A stretch of DNA of 64,000 nt from Chrysomallon squamiferum (GCA_012295275.1 CM022674.1:16554001-16618000), one strand, 5' to 3'; shown: positions 29,343 to 44,639, counted from the stretch's first letter. A program made the numbers and translations. Notes: a model not told the origin generated them from the letters alone.

Positions 29343-29517
29343 GTTGTTGTTGTTGTTGTTGTTGTCGTCGTCGTTGTTGTCGCGGTCTTATTGACAGTAA
29401 TAATAAGAAACAATATAGAAAGTCAATAATGTTTGTAAGACGACCATTTAAATATATGAAGAGCAGTAATAGACACGACAGCGACAACAAAAAATATAAA
29501 AATCGCAAGACCAAAAA

Positions 29518-29580
<63 letters not shown>

Positions 29581-29805
29581 GAGTGAGACATTTGGAGATA
29601 TACAACAGAAAGCCAATGGAAACGGATTTCTCCAAACCTGGCAAAGTTGATTATAAACTTAGAAAGAAAAACGGGGAAAGTTGACTCAACAAATAAAAAC
29701 AAGTAAAACGAACAATAGCAGGGGCAGGTGTGTAAGCAACATAAAACATTTTTAAAATAAAAATATTTCAATGCGCAGTCGGTGCCTATCCTTTTAAAAC
29801 ATGCG

Positions 29806-29858
<53 letters not shown>

Positions 29859-30255
29859 ATAAGTGTATTTGTGTGTTTGTGTGTTTAGGTTTGTGTACAT
29901 ATGTAACCGTGTTTTTGTATATGGTTATGTGTACAGATATGTGTATATGTGAATATGTATCCATCTTTAAGTCTCCAAGTTTGACATGATTTAACAATAA
30001 ACCCAATTGTTACGGAATACACAAAAACATTTTTGAAAACTGTATATGTGTTATGAATAATGAATATCCCAAACTGTTTTTGTACAGAACCGGGGTATTT
30101 TGTTTAAATACGCAGTATCTGATTTCTGTTCCAGCAGAAAATAACGATATCAGATCTGGAAGATACGTTTTAAGAAGGCCAAAATTACCAAAATTTCTTT
30201 AAAGTGAGGTGCATAAATAAAACAGTCATAATTATACAGAAACTATAAAGATAAT

Positions 30256-30314
<59 letters not shown>

Positions 30315-30877
30315 AGTTCTAAACATCAAACATTTAAGAAGTAATGTTTTATTTAACGACGCAGTCGATTTAGTTTTAATACACATTTATATGACGTCAT
30401 GCACAGAATTAGGTCAAATAGTAAAAACATATTTTTATTTCAGTTTATTCAACCGATATTTTAGGGTAGTTGATGCTGAACCAGTAGATGAAACATTGTT
30501 TGACACTCCTAGTAAGTATGTTTATAGGTGACAAAGTTTATAAAACTCAGAGTGTACGTATGGTGATACAAGTAATTACTGTTAATTGTGAGTAGTTAAT
30601 AAGAGTTGAACTCATTACTATCTAGTGTTGGTCTGCAGCAGGGATTCATTTATGTTCATGTTAGGAACATACAAGTACAAACTTCGTGAAGAACTGGGAA
30701 CAGATGGGTCACAGCAGACGTCAAACTAACGCTTACCAGCAAATACATATAAATAATTTTATAAAACAATTTGATTTTAAAATAATACAAATTTTCAAAA
30801 TCATTCCATATAGAAAAATCAGACTAAGGTATTCTGTGTACAATTATAAACAGTAAACGATTTATTTGTTTGTTTGT

Positions 30878-30924
<47 letters not shown>

Positions 30925-31789
30925 TATGTTTTGTCATGTTAACTGCTATTAGCTAAGACTAAAAATAGCTGCTTGCATTGACATCTGGGATTGCTCGTTC
31001 ACGCACAAACATGTCATAAACAAGTACGTACACTTGCACATACATAATACACACGTACATATATAAATACCTTCATTCATACACATAATACTCACACACA
31101 CAGGTATATATACCTACACAGATAATAGAAACAAACACACAGATAGAGAAACGTACAGAGATACACAAATATATACAGTCGAACACATAATACACCCACA
31201 TATACTTAAATACATACATTCATACACATAATGCAAATAGATACACATACATACATGCATACAAATACACACATAATATAAACTCAGACAGATACACACA
31301 CATACATCCATACAAATACATAATATAACCACAGATACACATACAGACATATATACACACAAATACATACACGCATAATACACGCATAATACCCACAAAC
31401 ACATACATGCATACATATAAAAACATACAACAGAGACAGATACACACACATACATACATATAAAAACATACAACAACAGAGACAGATACACATATATACA
31501 TACATATAAAGACATACAACAGAGACAGATACACATATATACATACATATAAATACATACAAAAATATTACAAACACAGATACACACATACACACTTATA
31601 CACACTTACACATAATAAAAACACAGAGACATACCTATAGAGACACTCATTATTTGTCCATGAATTGATTCTAGAAATGTTTATTTCAAATGCTTTGCTT
31701 TGAGTATAGCTTTCAGGTTAGTCGTTTTTTTTTAGGTCAAATGTGTATTATATAACATTACAAATTCTCACTGAATTGTCTGTGGATGA

Positions 31790-31840
<51 letters not shown>

Positions 31841-32569
31841 CATATATATATACATACATACATACATATCTTATATAAGGGTTGAACTCTCTTCTCTTTT
31901 ATTAACTACTTTGACAATGTTAGCCGTATATATGTTCTCTTTATTTTCTGGATAACATGCAGCTACGATGCAGTGGAAATACAGTTTATATTTAGTCTTC
32001 ATACTGAAGACGATTTTGAAACACCCACATCATAGTTTCAAAAATGTTATTTTTTATGAAGTAACTTATTTATTCTTGTTCATTGGCTGGTTTCTTTCTT
32101 TTCTTTTCAGTTTTAATAAAGAAAGGAAAAAAAGAGAGCATAATTCTGATTCAAAGGATGTGTTTTCTTTATAGCAAAATTTCATCTTTCTTTCTATATC
32201 ACATATATCTGTTGTTACTAGAAACTTTCTTTCAAACGTGATGACATCATATTTATACTAAATTAAAACAAATAATAATAATAAAATCTGGTGACGTCAA
32301 TTACTCGGGCAGTAATCTAGAACCTTCTTTCTACGTCAGTCGTACCACAGATTTCATTATTTGAACATTTTATTTTAGTTTAGTTTAGTTTTATATGAGT
32401 GAATATTTTCTGCGACTTTGGGAGTTCAGTCGACATAGGTAATTATTAATGATTTATAAATGATTACAATATTGTAATAGAGTTACGGAATTTTATGCTT
32501 TCGAAGTAGATTTGTTTTGTTGTTACACATTTATATAAGACTGATATTTTTTGTGCGGTTTTTCTTTTC

Positions 32570-32646
<77 letters not shown>

Positions 32647-35600
32647 TTTATTTATTTGTTTGTTTTTATTGTGTTTTAATTTTTTATTACTTTTTTGTTA
32701 TTATTATTATTATTTTTTTTTTTTTTTTTTCAGACACTAGATGAACTGAAAGTGATTCTGATTCTTCTGTTGTGTACAACTTTTCTTTCAAAAGCCATCT
32801 ACAGACGGTTTGGGATTCTAGTCTTGTTGAATTATGCAGGACATTCGTATCTGGTTGTTGGGAGTTTTCTCCCCTGGTGTAGACCAGCAGACGACTTCCG
32901 GCTCAAATGTATCTGTAATATCTTCTGAGTAGGTATCAGCCTCGACAGTTACCAGTCTGATAAACTGTAGGTCGTGCAGCATTCTTTTATTGGTAGAGCA
33001 TCTTCAACACAATGGAAAAATACTTCTAAATAATTATTTTATAATTTTTGTTTTGTTTTGATTTTATTGTTTCTTCAGGAACGACATGATTCTGCTACAA
33101 GAATATGGAGAAAAATATAAAGGTTACTTTACAGTTGAGATATATACTGATATAGAGCAATTATCATTAAAAAATATGGGTTTTTCTTTCCCAAATTTTT
33201 TTTCTTTTCTTTTTCTTTTCTTCACACGTCAATGTTGATTTATGGATTATTTAGTTAACAGTGGATGATACTGTTATCAGGAAGTGAACGAAAAACTTCC
33301 ACTATAATGACTAATGACTCTGCAAAAGCTCTGTGTGGTTCTGCATTGCAGATTTGTAATTAGTGGTGAAGAAATGAAAAGATGTGTGGCAATGATATTT
33401 TCAGATACAGAGCAGGTTCCAGCTTAATGTAGTTTTCATAAAGAATATTAGCAGTTATCTGGGAGCAAACATAAGTGGTTTAAAGTATTTCATAAAATCA
33501 AATTTTTCAAAAGATTCCCTCTCAACTATAATGTTCATCAGTGAAATAATTCACTTGTTTTCTCAATTTCAAGGCAACCGTAATATTAAAAAAGGATGAA
33601 TTTCTAGACAGGTGTAGAGAACGTCATTTCCTGTACCATTGATATGGCCACTTCCTTGACAACCGAGTCGTTAAGTAAAATTTTTAATAAAACATGACAG
33701 TTTTGTTTAGACATTTGGTTAGTCGAACTAAATAATTGTCCTAAAAGTTATTTCATTTACACGTGTAAACAGAGGAACGATAGTTTATATTACTATATTC
33801 TTTCTGACAACATTTTATTTTTATTCATAATGTTCACTGGAAGAAACAATCTTTCCAGTTCCAAAGTGCGAAACTTTACCAAACGTATTCCAACTGACAA
33901 AATAAGTATGGTCCGAAGTTGAAATAAAATACAAACGATAATGCAATAACAAATATTTAGTTCACTGCTGTTTCTGTTTTAAAAGATATGAACACGAAAA
34001 CGAGAATAAAATGTTATTGTTGTTGTTGTTATTATTAAGTGAACTGACAATATCAGTCTAACTTGTGCATTTGTTTGTTTGTATTTTATTAAGCGAGGAA
34101 TGATATCTGCTTCTGTTGAATTTATCCTTTGGATTTTATTATTAAATATGTAGACGAATTCTACATGACCCTTAGCGTGTGCACGAAAACTACATATAGC
34201 AATGTTTCCTACCAATGGGTATCTGGGTGTGGCGCTAGTGTTGTACAAGGCAACCAGAAACCGTTCCGACAGTCGGAGAGTGACCTTCCCACTGCATTCC
34301 ACAAACAAAAATAATAATAACAACAACAACAACAACAACACTCATAAGAAGGAGAATAACTGATTTGTGTAATTTATATTACCATTGTTTTCAATTTTAA
34401 AGCCAATTACAGGAGTAACTTCTCACCTAAACATTTTATTTCTATTATTTTTTTTAATTTTAATTTTAATTGTTTTCAACTTGTACATATAACAGCAGGG
34501 CTTGCTGTTCACACTTAAACAAAAATTTAACATTATTTATTTATTTTGCAATATTAGAAGGCTGATTCCAGCCAATACTAGACACAGCTGTCTTAAGTGA
34601 ACTGACAGTATGAGTTTAAATCGTTACAGTATTTGCCATCATTATTAAAACACACTAAATGTTATTTATGATACAGATACGTACATCAGTTCGTTTAATT
34701 CTGTCTCATACGCTGTTTTCCTATGTGTTAATAAAACATTATAATTAATAAAACAGAGTGAGTAGAGAAACAAATGACTGTAAAAGAAATATTTAATACA
34801 CAAAAAAACAGATTACAGACAGGGAAACTGGTTCAATTGACGAAACATTTCAAACGTAATTCAAATACCTTTTTACTAATATCAGATTCATAGACGTTTG
34901 TTGCGATACGCAATTATTTTTTCTTAATTCTTTTTTTAGCAATAGCAGGAAAAAGAAATCTGAAACCTGTAGACGTGAAGAGACTGTTAAATTATTTGTA
35001 AATTTCGTTATTTTTTTACTGTAGCAGGGACTAAATAAACTAAGGAACAGAACATATCAATCAATAAAGTACAACGATCCAAAATACATAAACAAGCAAT
35101 TACAAACAAAAGGAGAAATACATGTTGTTTATATAAATATTAACCAAAGACAAATGCTGAGATTCTGGGCACCCCTGCCGCTTTTAGAATTTAAAAATTG
35201 AATCTTTGCTTGAACGAAAGAAAAGTGCTGAAAATTGATCCTCTTATTCAAGCAAACCTGTAGAGAAAGACAAAACATAATATCATACTCAAGGCAGTCC
35301 ATACACATTTATGGACAATATTTGAATCAGGTACGATAGGTAATTCTTAAAAATAATTTTATAAATATATAAGAAATTTGAAATTTGAAAAACAGAAAAA
35401 TACAGAAGAAAACAAACAAAAATCACTTTTAAAAACATTTAAAATATATTTCCTTTAGCTCTTCAAGTTATTCATTCAGAAATGTCCTCTTTCAGCTTTA
35501 CCTATTTATTTAATTTATTACAATTTATATATTTATATAATTTATTTTTCTTTATTTTATTTATATATTTGTATAATTCATTTTATTATTATTATTATTA

Positions 35601-37261
35601 TTATTATTTATGAAGGGAGAGTAAAATAAATACTCCAAATTAGTAGCATTTGTTCATTTATTTTGTTTTGTTCTTTAATGTCCATATAGTAGTAGACTTA
35701 AGTGTAAATGTGATATTGAAATTCAGACCTCTATTTTAAAAAGCCTTAAATTCAGTCTAAAATGAATCTCTCATCCACCACAGTAATATGAATACATACA
35801 CTTACAAATGTAGTTTTAAGTTATTTCCTACATCACATCTTATATACTTTTGTTCAGCTATATTATTTTAATTTACATAAAAAGAATTACATACGACTGT
35901 ATATGAATTTCTTGACCAAGTTTAATCAAATTACTCATATTTTCGTCCTGGAGTATCTTACATTGTTACTGTTTTGCAAATGTTAAATTCTTGTCCCTAG
36001 TAGAACATTCTGCTGTACTGCCATTTTTTCATATCAATAGGCCATTTTGTGTCAAACCATATACAGATTTCAAATCTCACAGATCTTTATTTCATACACA
36101 TTTCCATACTTTGTACTTTTTTCTTAATATCCATAATTTTACTACTTATGTTTTGTACGATTTTTTCCTTATTATTCAATTGTCTCTCAGATATATCCAA
36201 TTTTTCTAATTTATCACTTATTATGTCTAACTTTCTAATTAAAGTATATAATTTGATACTGACATCTTGATTACACACCATTAGTGAAATGAAACCAGAA
36301 TACTGACAGTGAGATGCATACGTCTGTCTGTTCATACTGACCAGACTGTGACTGCTGGGTGCTGGCTATTGATGAGTTTTTGCTGACTGTTGGTGCAGAT
36401 GAACATCAAGTTTGTTGTTTTGTGTAGCTGACATCATCAGCATGGAAATTTCTTGACTAGCTTTGATATTGTATATTTTTTGTTCACTTTCACCACATAC
36501 ATTTTCTCCTCTATTTTTTCTCTTTTATACCTTTTTTATTTCGTTGTATCAATTTTGATTGACAAAACCGATAAAAATCACATTAATCACTAAGATAAAC
36601 ATTATAGATTTAATGCCAGCACATTTAAAATGTAACCAAACACAATTACTGACAATTTTCAATGTCACAATCACATCAGACTCACTATACACAGTTCTTC
36701 ACGTTCAAATTATTTGTTTGGATCTAAACCATCACCAGTCAGGTTTATCAGGTTTATCACTTTGACATTTCAACACATCACATATTTCACTAAGTGAAGA
36801 GGCCAAAGTACAAATCTGGTTCAAATTTGTTGTCACCTGCCACAAGGAAGTGGACTCATGTTTTATGATGCAAACTGACCAATGTTTACCAAAAAACATT
36901 TTGTATCATTTTATTATTTTTATTTTATCCAAAATACTTGTCAGCATGCAAATGTAAGTCTGTCCGACCAGTTCTGTTCATATCAAGACAGTGATTTACT
37001 TAACTAAAGACTGATTGTATCATTCACCACAGATACTTTTTTTCATCAAATAGATAGTTTACCTGAGCTGAGAGATTTCCCGAGTTCATATCACAAGTCT
37101 TTGTTGTTTTAAAGTGAATGTATTCAGACTGTATTGGGTCACTTGGGTAATGCACTATTTGTGTAAAATGAAGAAAAGTGAAACTCACTTTGTTTCAAAC
37201 AGGACTTTGTAAGTTTTGTGATGTTGTGACTTTTCACTCAGCACGCAACTGTTGATACAAA

Positions 37262-39574
37262 TGTTCTACAGTTACACTCGACAGGTGTTCTACAGTTACA
37301 CTGACAGGTGTTCTACAGTTACACTGACAGGTGTTCTACAGTTACACTCGACAGGTGTTCTACACTTACACTTGACAGGTGTTCTACACTTACACTTGAC
37401 AGGTGTTCTACAGTTACACTTGACAGGTGTTCTACATTTACACTCGACAGGTGTTCTACAGTTACACTCGACACTCGACAGGTGTTCTACATTTACACTT
37501 GACAGGTGTTCTACAGTTACACTCGACAGGTGTTCTACACTTACACTTGACAGGTGTTCTACAGTTACACTTGACAGGTGTTCTACAGTTACACTTGACA
37601 GGTGTTCTACAGTTACACTCGACAGGTGTTCTACAGTTACACTCGACAGGTGTTCTACAGTTACACTCGACAGGTGTTCTACAGTTACACACGACAGGTG
37701 TTCTACAGTTACACTTGACAGGTGTTCTACAGTTACACTCGACAGGTGTTCTACACTTACACTCGACAGGTGTTCTACAGTTACACTCGACAGGTGTTCT
37801 ACAGTTACACTCGACAGGTGTTCTACATTTACACTCGACAGGTGTTCTACAGTTACACTCGACAGGTGTTCTACAGTTACACTCGACAGGTGTTCTACAT
37901 TTACACTCGACAGGTGTTCTACATTTACACTCGACAGGTGTTCTACATTTACTCGACAGGTGTTCTACATTTACACTCGACAGGTGTTCTACATTTACAC
38001 TCGACAGGTGTTCTACAGTTACACTCGACAGGTGTTCTACACTTACACTCGACAGGTGTTCTACATTTACACTCGACAGGTGTTCTACATTACAGTTACA
38101 CTTGACAGGTGTTCTACAGTTACACTCGACAGGTGTTCTACAGTTACACTCGACAGGTGTTCTACAGTTACACTCGACAGGTGTTCTACACTTACACTCG
38201 ACAGGTGTTCTACATTTACACTCGACAGGTGTTCTACAGTTACACTCGACAGGTGTTCTACATTTACACTCGACAGGTGTTCTACAGTTACACTCGACAG
38301 GTGTTCTACACTTACACTCGACAGGTGTTCTACAGTTACACTCGACAGGTGTTCTACAGTTACACTTGACAGGTGTTCTACACTTACACTTGACAGGTGT
38401 TCTACATTTACACTGACAGGTGTTCTACAGTTACACTCGACAGGTGTTCTACATTTACACTCGACAGGTGTTCTACATTTACACTCGACAGGTGTTCTAC
38501 AGTTACACTCGACAGGTGTTCTACATTTACACTCGACAGGTGTTCTACATTTACACTCGACAGGTGTTCTACACTTACACTTGACAGGTGTTCTACAGTT
38601 ACACTCGACAGGTGTTCTACATTTACACTCGACAGGTGTTCTACAGTTACACTCGACAGGTGTTCTACATTTACACTCGACAGGTGTTCTACAGTTACAC
38701 TCGACAGGTGTTCTACAGTTACACTCGACAGGTGTTCTACACTTACACTCGACAGGTGTTCTACAGTTACACTTACACACTTCTACAGTTACACTCGACA
38801 GGTGTTCTACAGTTACACTGACAGGTGTTCTACACACTCGACAGGTGTTCTACAGTTACACTTGACAGGTGTTCTACATTTACACTCGACAGGTGTTCTA
38901 CAGTTACACTCGACAGGTGTTCTACAGTTACACTCGACAGGTGTTCTACAGTTACACTCGACAGGTGTTCTACAGTTCGACAGGTGTTCTACAGGACAGG
39001 TGTTCTTACACTTACACTACACTGACAGGTGGTGTTCTACATTTACACTCGACAGGTGTTCTACAGTTACACTCGACAGGTGTTCTACACTTACACTCGA
39101 CAGGTGTTCTACAGTTACACTCGACAGGTGTTCTACAGTTACACTCGACAGGTGTTCTACACTTGTGTTCTACATTTACACTTGACAGGTGTTCTACAGT
39201 TACACTCGACAGGTGTTCTACAGTTACACTCGACAGGTGTTCTACACTTACACTCGACAGGTGTTCTACAGTTACACTTGACAGGTGTTCTACATTTACA
39301 CTCGACAGGTGTTCTACAGTTACACTCGACAGGTGTTCTACAGTTACACTTGACAGGTGTTCTACAGTTACACTTGACAGGTGTTCTACAGTTACACTTG
39401 ACAGGTGTTCTACACTTACACTCGACAGGTGTTCTACATTTACACTCGACAGGTGTTCTACATTTACACTCGACAGGTGTTCTACATTTACACTCGACAG
39501 GTGTTCTACAGTTACACTTGACAGGTGTTCTACAGTTACACTCGACAGGTGTTCTACAGTTACACTTGACAGGT
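37262..39574. repeat. 24-bp minisatellite, about 96 copies
   Basis: Unit GACAGGTGTTCTACA[G/C/T]TTACACT[C/T] with a few indel variants. It explains all the long repetitive ORFs in this interval. Confidence 0.99.
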
Positions 39575-41258
39575 TTTCTTCCTGCTTCTTCAAAACTCCA
39601 TTTTTGTTTTTCTCTTACACTTACTAAATGAAACACACACTTTACCAATATCTTCAACTAAAATGAGAGGTCACATTTTTCTGTCTTATCACCACAGCAA
39701 TTTAAGTCCTGTTTTCAGTTAAGTTCACATGTGATCTGAATAATTAATTAATTATAAACACTTAATGAATAAGCACACATTCTTTATGTAAAAACTCACG
39801 TGTCAAAACTGTACATGAGTTGATGTGAATTCAGCAAACACAATGTCAAACTCTTCATCAAACTTAACAATGAAGCAAAGTTGTGTATCTTATTCAGTTA
39901 TTGTTCTCGTTATTGTTGTTTAATTCACTGAAAAAATGGTGACTATGATTCAGTATTGAGAACTGTGACTGTCATCAGACTGTTCTGTGTGTTTGATAAA
40001 CTTTGTCTCTTTAGAATCACTCAAACACTCACTGACGATTCCAAGTAAAATGAGTGATTACAACTTTCCAGCATTCAAATGAAAATTGTTTACAGATAAT
40101 GTGTGCCTCACAAAACAATTCTTGTATAATGACTATACAAACATGTTGTTGTTTTCACTTTGTTACAAACAAATTACCTCCCTTAGACAACAAATATCAA
40201 GTATATCTAACATATGAATTAACAAACAAAAATAAATACTCAGTAATAAACATAATTTTATTTCACTGTTACTTCCCTTAGACATTTTCAAATTCAAAGG
40301 CTGAATAATTTATTAATAATAATTACTTAAAATAAATAACAAAATTAAAATTACTAAATTTAATAACAACTACTAAAATATTAATAATAATGAAATAAAA
40401 AATGGTATGTGTTCACCTGTCAGTACAAATATGGGTGTGGTACTAGCTCAGTGGTGGTGTAACAACAGCATGTCAGTATGTAGATCTACCAACCTATTTT
40501 TATTTATCTGTAATTAAACTCTTTAGATCCTCCCACCCTTCTGTTTATCTGTGTATCATCCATCTACACACAGTATGCTTATTCCTCCTACTAAAATATC
40601 CATCTATTCATCCATACATCCATTAGTCCATCTATCTACCTATCTGTTTGTCTATTTATCTGTGTCTCTCTCTTGGAAACATGTAAACATGAACACTCAC
40701 ATGTATACTAGTGTGTGTGTGTGTGTGGGGAGGGCATCAATGTAACATTAATACTACTACTACAACTATAAGTACTGCTATGCTATTACCACTATTTCTG
40801 CTTCTACTACTACTACTACTAGTACTACTACTATTACTATTACCACCACCAATGTTACTTCCAGTAGCAGAACTATATTTCAACAGACATGGGATGTTTT
40901 CGAAGCAACATAACAAATAAATATATATATATATTTTTTTTTTTTTTTACAATAAACGCAGCATCTCTGATTTTCATTACAGTTTCGTAGCAGTGTTAAA
41001 TGATGTTACTTCTGGAGCCGTTCTTTCATAGAAGATCCATCCCTACTTGACTACTACTACTACTACTAATAATAATAATAATGATGATGATGATGACAAC
41101 ACATTTTTTTTAAACAGCAAATTTGACAGTAACAATAACTGAAAAGGCAGATCGCACAATAACATTATGATTAACAGAATTATTTCACAACAACATAAGC
41201 AATAATATTAAATGAAATGATAGAAATAACAGTTACCCTAATAATAGCTCTATTATTA

Positions 41259-41581
41259 ATTATTGTTTTAATCTTAGATTAAAAACTGTTAAATCATTAC
41301 AAAATAACAAGTACTACAAAACTACTAGTTTTATTAGTAATTCTTGTTTTAAAATAAAAACTGTTCAATCATTTCAAACTAACAAGTACTACAAAACTAC
41401 TAGTTTTATCAGTAATTCTAGTTTTAATTAGATAAAAAGTGTTAAATAATTACTAACTAACAAGTACTACAAAACTACTAGTTTTATTATTAATTCTTAT
41501 TTTAATTAGATAAAAAGTGTTATATTATTACAAACAAACAGAATATACAAAACTAATATTTTCATTATTAATTCTTGTTTT
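41259..41581. repeat. ~79-bp AT-rich tandem repeat, about 4 copies
   Basis: Recurring TAACAAGTACTACAAAACTACTAGTTTT..TAATTCT.GTTTTAA. Confidence 0.8.
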
Positions 41582-41993
41582 CTTCTTTCATTTCTTTATG
41601 TGCATCATTGTCACAGCATTGATGTTTATAATATTCACGAAAACTGAATAAACAGAACACACAGACACACACACACACAAACACCTACATATATCTATAA
41701 TTATTTATATACACACATACACACATACTGTATTATTTGAAACCTTTATTTATAAAGATATCAATGATATCATACATTAATAAATTAAAAGCATTACTTA
41801 CATAGCTATATTCAGTTTATACGTGATCTGCATACAAATGAAACATACTCGGACATAATTTTAGTGAAAACAAAAATCAGATGAAAAACAAAAACAAATA
41901 AAATTACAATAAACAAAAGTCAGTACCACAACTTGTATACATTATTTCCAAATATTTGCATATTTAAAGAGGCATTTTCTTTGTAACATACGA

Positions 41994-42053
<60 letters not shown>

Positions 42054-43383
42054 GTCTAAAATAAATAAAGTAAAATAAATTAAGTAAATTATATTATATT
42101 TACTCACGATTTCTTTATCATTACAAATAAAATTGCATTAAATTTGACTCAATTCTGATAAAATAAAATGTTACTAACCAAAGATAAAACTAACCCTCCC
42201 CACAAAAATACATCCTGTTTAAAAGTATTTAAATACTAACAGGCTACATTAACAGAAATACAAGTTTAAAATAAATAAATGAGAAAACAACTCAGAATAT
42301 TAACTGAAATGATTTGATAAGTAATAAACAATCTCACTGATTTATCTGATTAATAACAACATTTACAGTGAATATTACATATTACTGACATAGCATTTTA
42401 TTTTGTTTATTTAAGTGTATCCTTTCTGCTGGAATATTAATTACTAAAACATGAAAAATAAATATTCATATATTTAAATGTTCCATTCCTTTGTTTTTGT
42501 TTTTCTGATAACAATGAGTGTAAATTAAATTAAGAAAAACAGTTTCTGACTTGATCTAAACATTTACGATGTATTAAATATCCATTTTTAGATGACAGCA
42601 TTTAGATTTAAATACTTCAAATTTAAATTTTATCATATATACTTAGTATTTCTTCAACATTACAAATAATAAGTTTATTTTAAATGAATTCAATTCTGAA
42701 GAATTAAAATGTTACTAACCAAGGATGCATCCTGTTTAATATTAAATCATTTTAATACCAGCAAGCTGTGGTAATCTTAATCTTAGTACTCATATTTTTA
42801 TAGTCATTTTTTAATTTAATAAACATCAAAAACTATGAAAAAAGAACAAAAAAAATCTTTCACAATCAAACAAGTGTCCATGAAAAGCATCTTTTCTTCT
42901 CTCCTTCAAAACGTTTAGGATTTTATTCTTTAGTTTTCTTTCTTTTTCACAAGTTGAAGTTTCATGCACACAAGCTAGACCCTGGAACTGTTACCTGAAA
43001 ATGAAAATCAAATTACAAACTGTTACTGATTTCATTTATCTAATTCTTCTATTTTATGTGTGTGTGCAAAACTTTTCTTTTTATTTTATTTCCTTTATAT
43101 ATGTTACATGGAATATGCAAAAACAGGAAATATTTATAATTCCTGACGATTTAGAAAATATATTCTGATTGCAATTTACATATTACTGTAACATATTTAA
43201 AGGAAAAAAAAAAAAAAAAAAAAAAAAAGTACAATTAAATAACAATTCAAGCTATTCTAGACTTTAATTATTAAATATAAAATATTTCAAATTTGTTAGA
43301 ATTATTTTCTTTTTTCTTCTTCTTTCTTTTTTTTTTTTTTCTTCTTTCTATTTTTTGTCTAATCGATATTTTAAAAGAAACTT

Positions 43384-44170
43384 CTATTTACATAGGTGTG
43401 TTGTTGTTGGGGTTTTATTTTTTATTTTATCACTTTCAATACACTTTTTGTCCACATCGGAACTCTTTTCAACAATATTCGTTTTATTTTTCGAGTCCTT
43501 CTTTAATTCCTCAACTTCAACCATTTTCCTTATTTTATCAATGTCCAGTTTGTCAGCGAATTCACAGTTCTTAGCCCATTCTTTGTGAACAACTGGCGGA
43601 AAATCATCGTCATCCCAGTCACGCAAAGTTAGTCCACAATGAAAACATCTTGCGCGATCGGCCGATCCTATGTAGAAAAATCCACAGTGAGCTAAAATAC
43701 TCGGCTTCTGCAAGGGCGATAAGAGCGGCCATCCAACGAAACTTTCCAACCTTTTTTCATTGATCTCGTATTCCCTGTATTTTGGAATACTATCAGAACC
43801 AGTAGTAATGTAAGAATCCGATTTATTATATTCCGAATCTCGGCTCGAAGAAAATTGTCTTAATGAAACTACAACCTGATGTATGTTTTCTATGTTCTTG
43901 CAAAGGGTCCTCGTTTCCAGTCCAATTAAACAATCTAATACCACAGGATTCACAAACAACCTTATCATAGGTACCCGTGTACACAAATCCAGCCATTGCC
44001 AACTGTAGAGAACTTTTCTTGCCTTTGTAATTTTTGAAAGTCTCCAGTCTTTTACTTAACATTTCAGCTTCACGGATACGATTCCCTGGATTACTGTTGT
44101 TAACAAATGCACTTATGTTTGAATTCACTGGAACTGAATCTGTTTTTATATCAGAACTTACCTCAGACAT
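43384..44170 (-). CDS. Inhibitor of apoptosis (IAP/BIRC-like) protein with two BIR domains and one frameshift at ~43851-43854 (pseudogene or sequence error)
   Basis: BIR1 RLETF...AGFVYTG..DKVVCESC-x16-H-x6-C lies in ORF 43826-44188. BIR2 RLESF.GWP...GFFYIG.ADRARCFHC-x16-H-x6-C lies in ORF 43384-43986. An acceptor ttcattcAG at 44203/44202 sits just upstream of ATG 44170. There is a possible donor at 43391 and acceptor at 42995. No RING domain is seen. Confidence 0.9.
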
Positions 44171-44578
44171 TTTTATAAATTCGAGCAACTGATTTCTTCT
44201 TCTGAATGAATGAATGAAAAAAAAAAAATTAACATGCTAATCAGAGCTAGCTGTTGTGAAGCACGTCTACGACGGGCACGCTTTCTGACAGGTCAGCGGG
44301 TGTGTCCGTCGCAGAAGATTTCTTCTTATCGTTAGCGAGTATGAATGACGTCGGCTATGCTTTCACAGAACCAATCAGAGAAAGGATGATATTTCTTTTA
44401 CCACATTTTTAATCTTGATGTATTGATTCATTTCTATAAAATATTGTCTGATCCAGAGACCGATTGTATAAAACTATAATCTCGGTTATTTTTAAAACAC
44501 GACAATAATTGTTCTGTGAATGTGGCTGATATCACGTTTGTAGTTTGATTTCATCATCAACTGTCACCCTAAATTATT

Positions 44579-44639
44579 TACCATACCGAATAGCTATTTC
44601 ATTAGTTTTCTAAAGGAAATTATTAATCATTATGGGAAG

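Noticed and set aside
37262-39574. CRISPR array or repetitive protein gene (537-aa TLDRCSTV ORF)
   Set aside because: There are no unique spacers and no cas genes. Several frames on both strands are open only because the 24-bp unit lacks stops, and indels shift frames freely.
43845-43865. Programmed -1 ribosomal frameshift in the IAP
   Set aside because: The required shift is +1, and there is no X XXY YYZ slippery heptamer or evident downstream structure.
43384-44201. Endogenous viral (baculovirus-type) IAP
   Set aside because: A splice acceptor precedes the ATG, a large BIR1-BIR2 exon is normal for host IAPs, and no viral genes are nearby.
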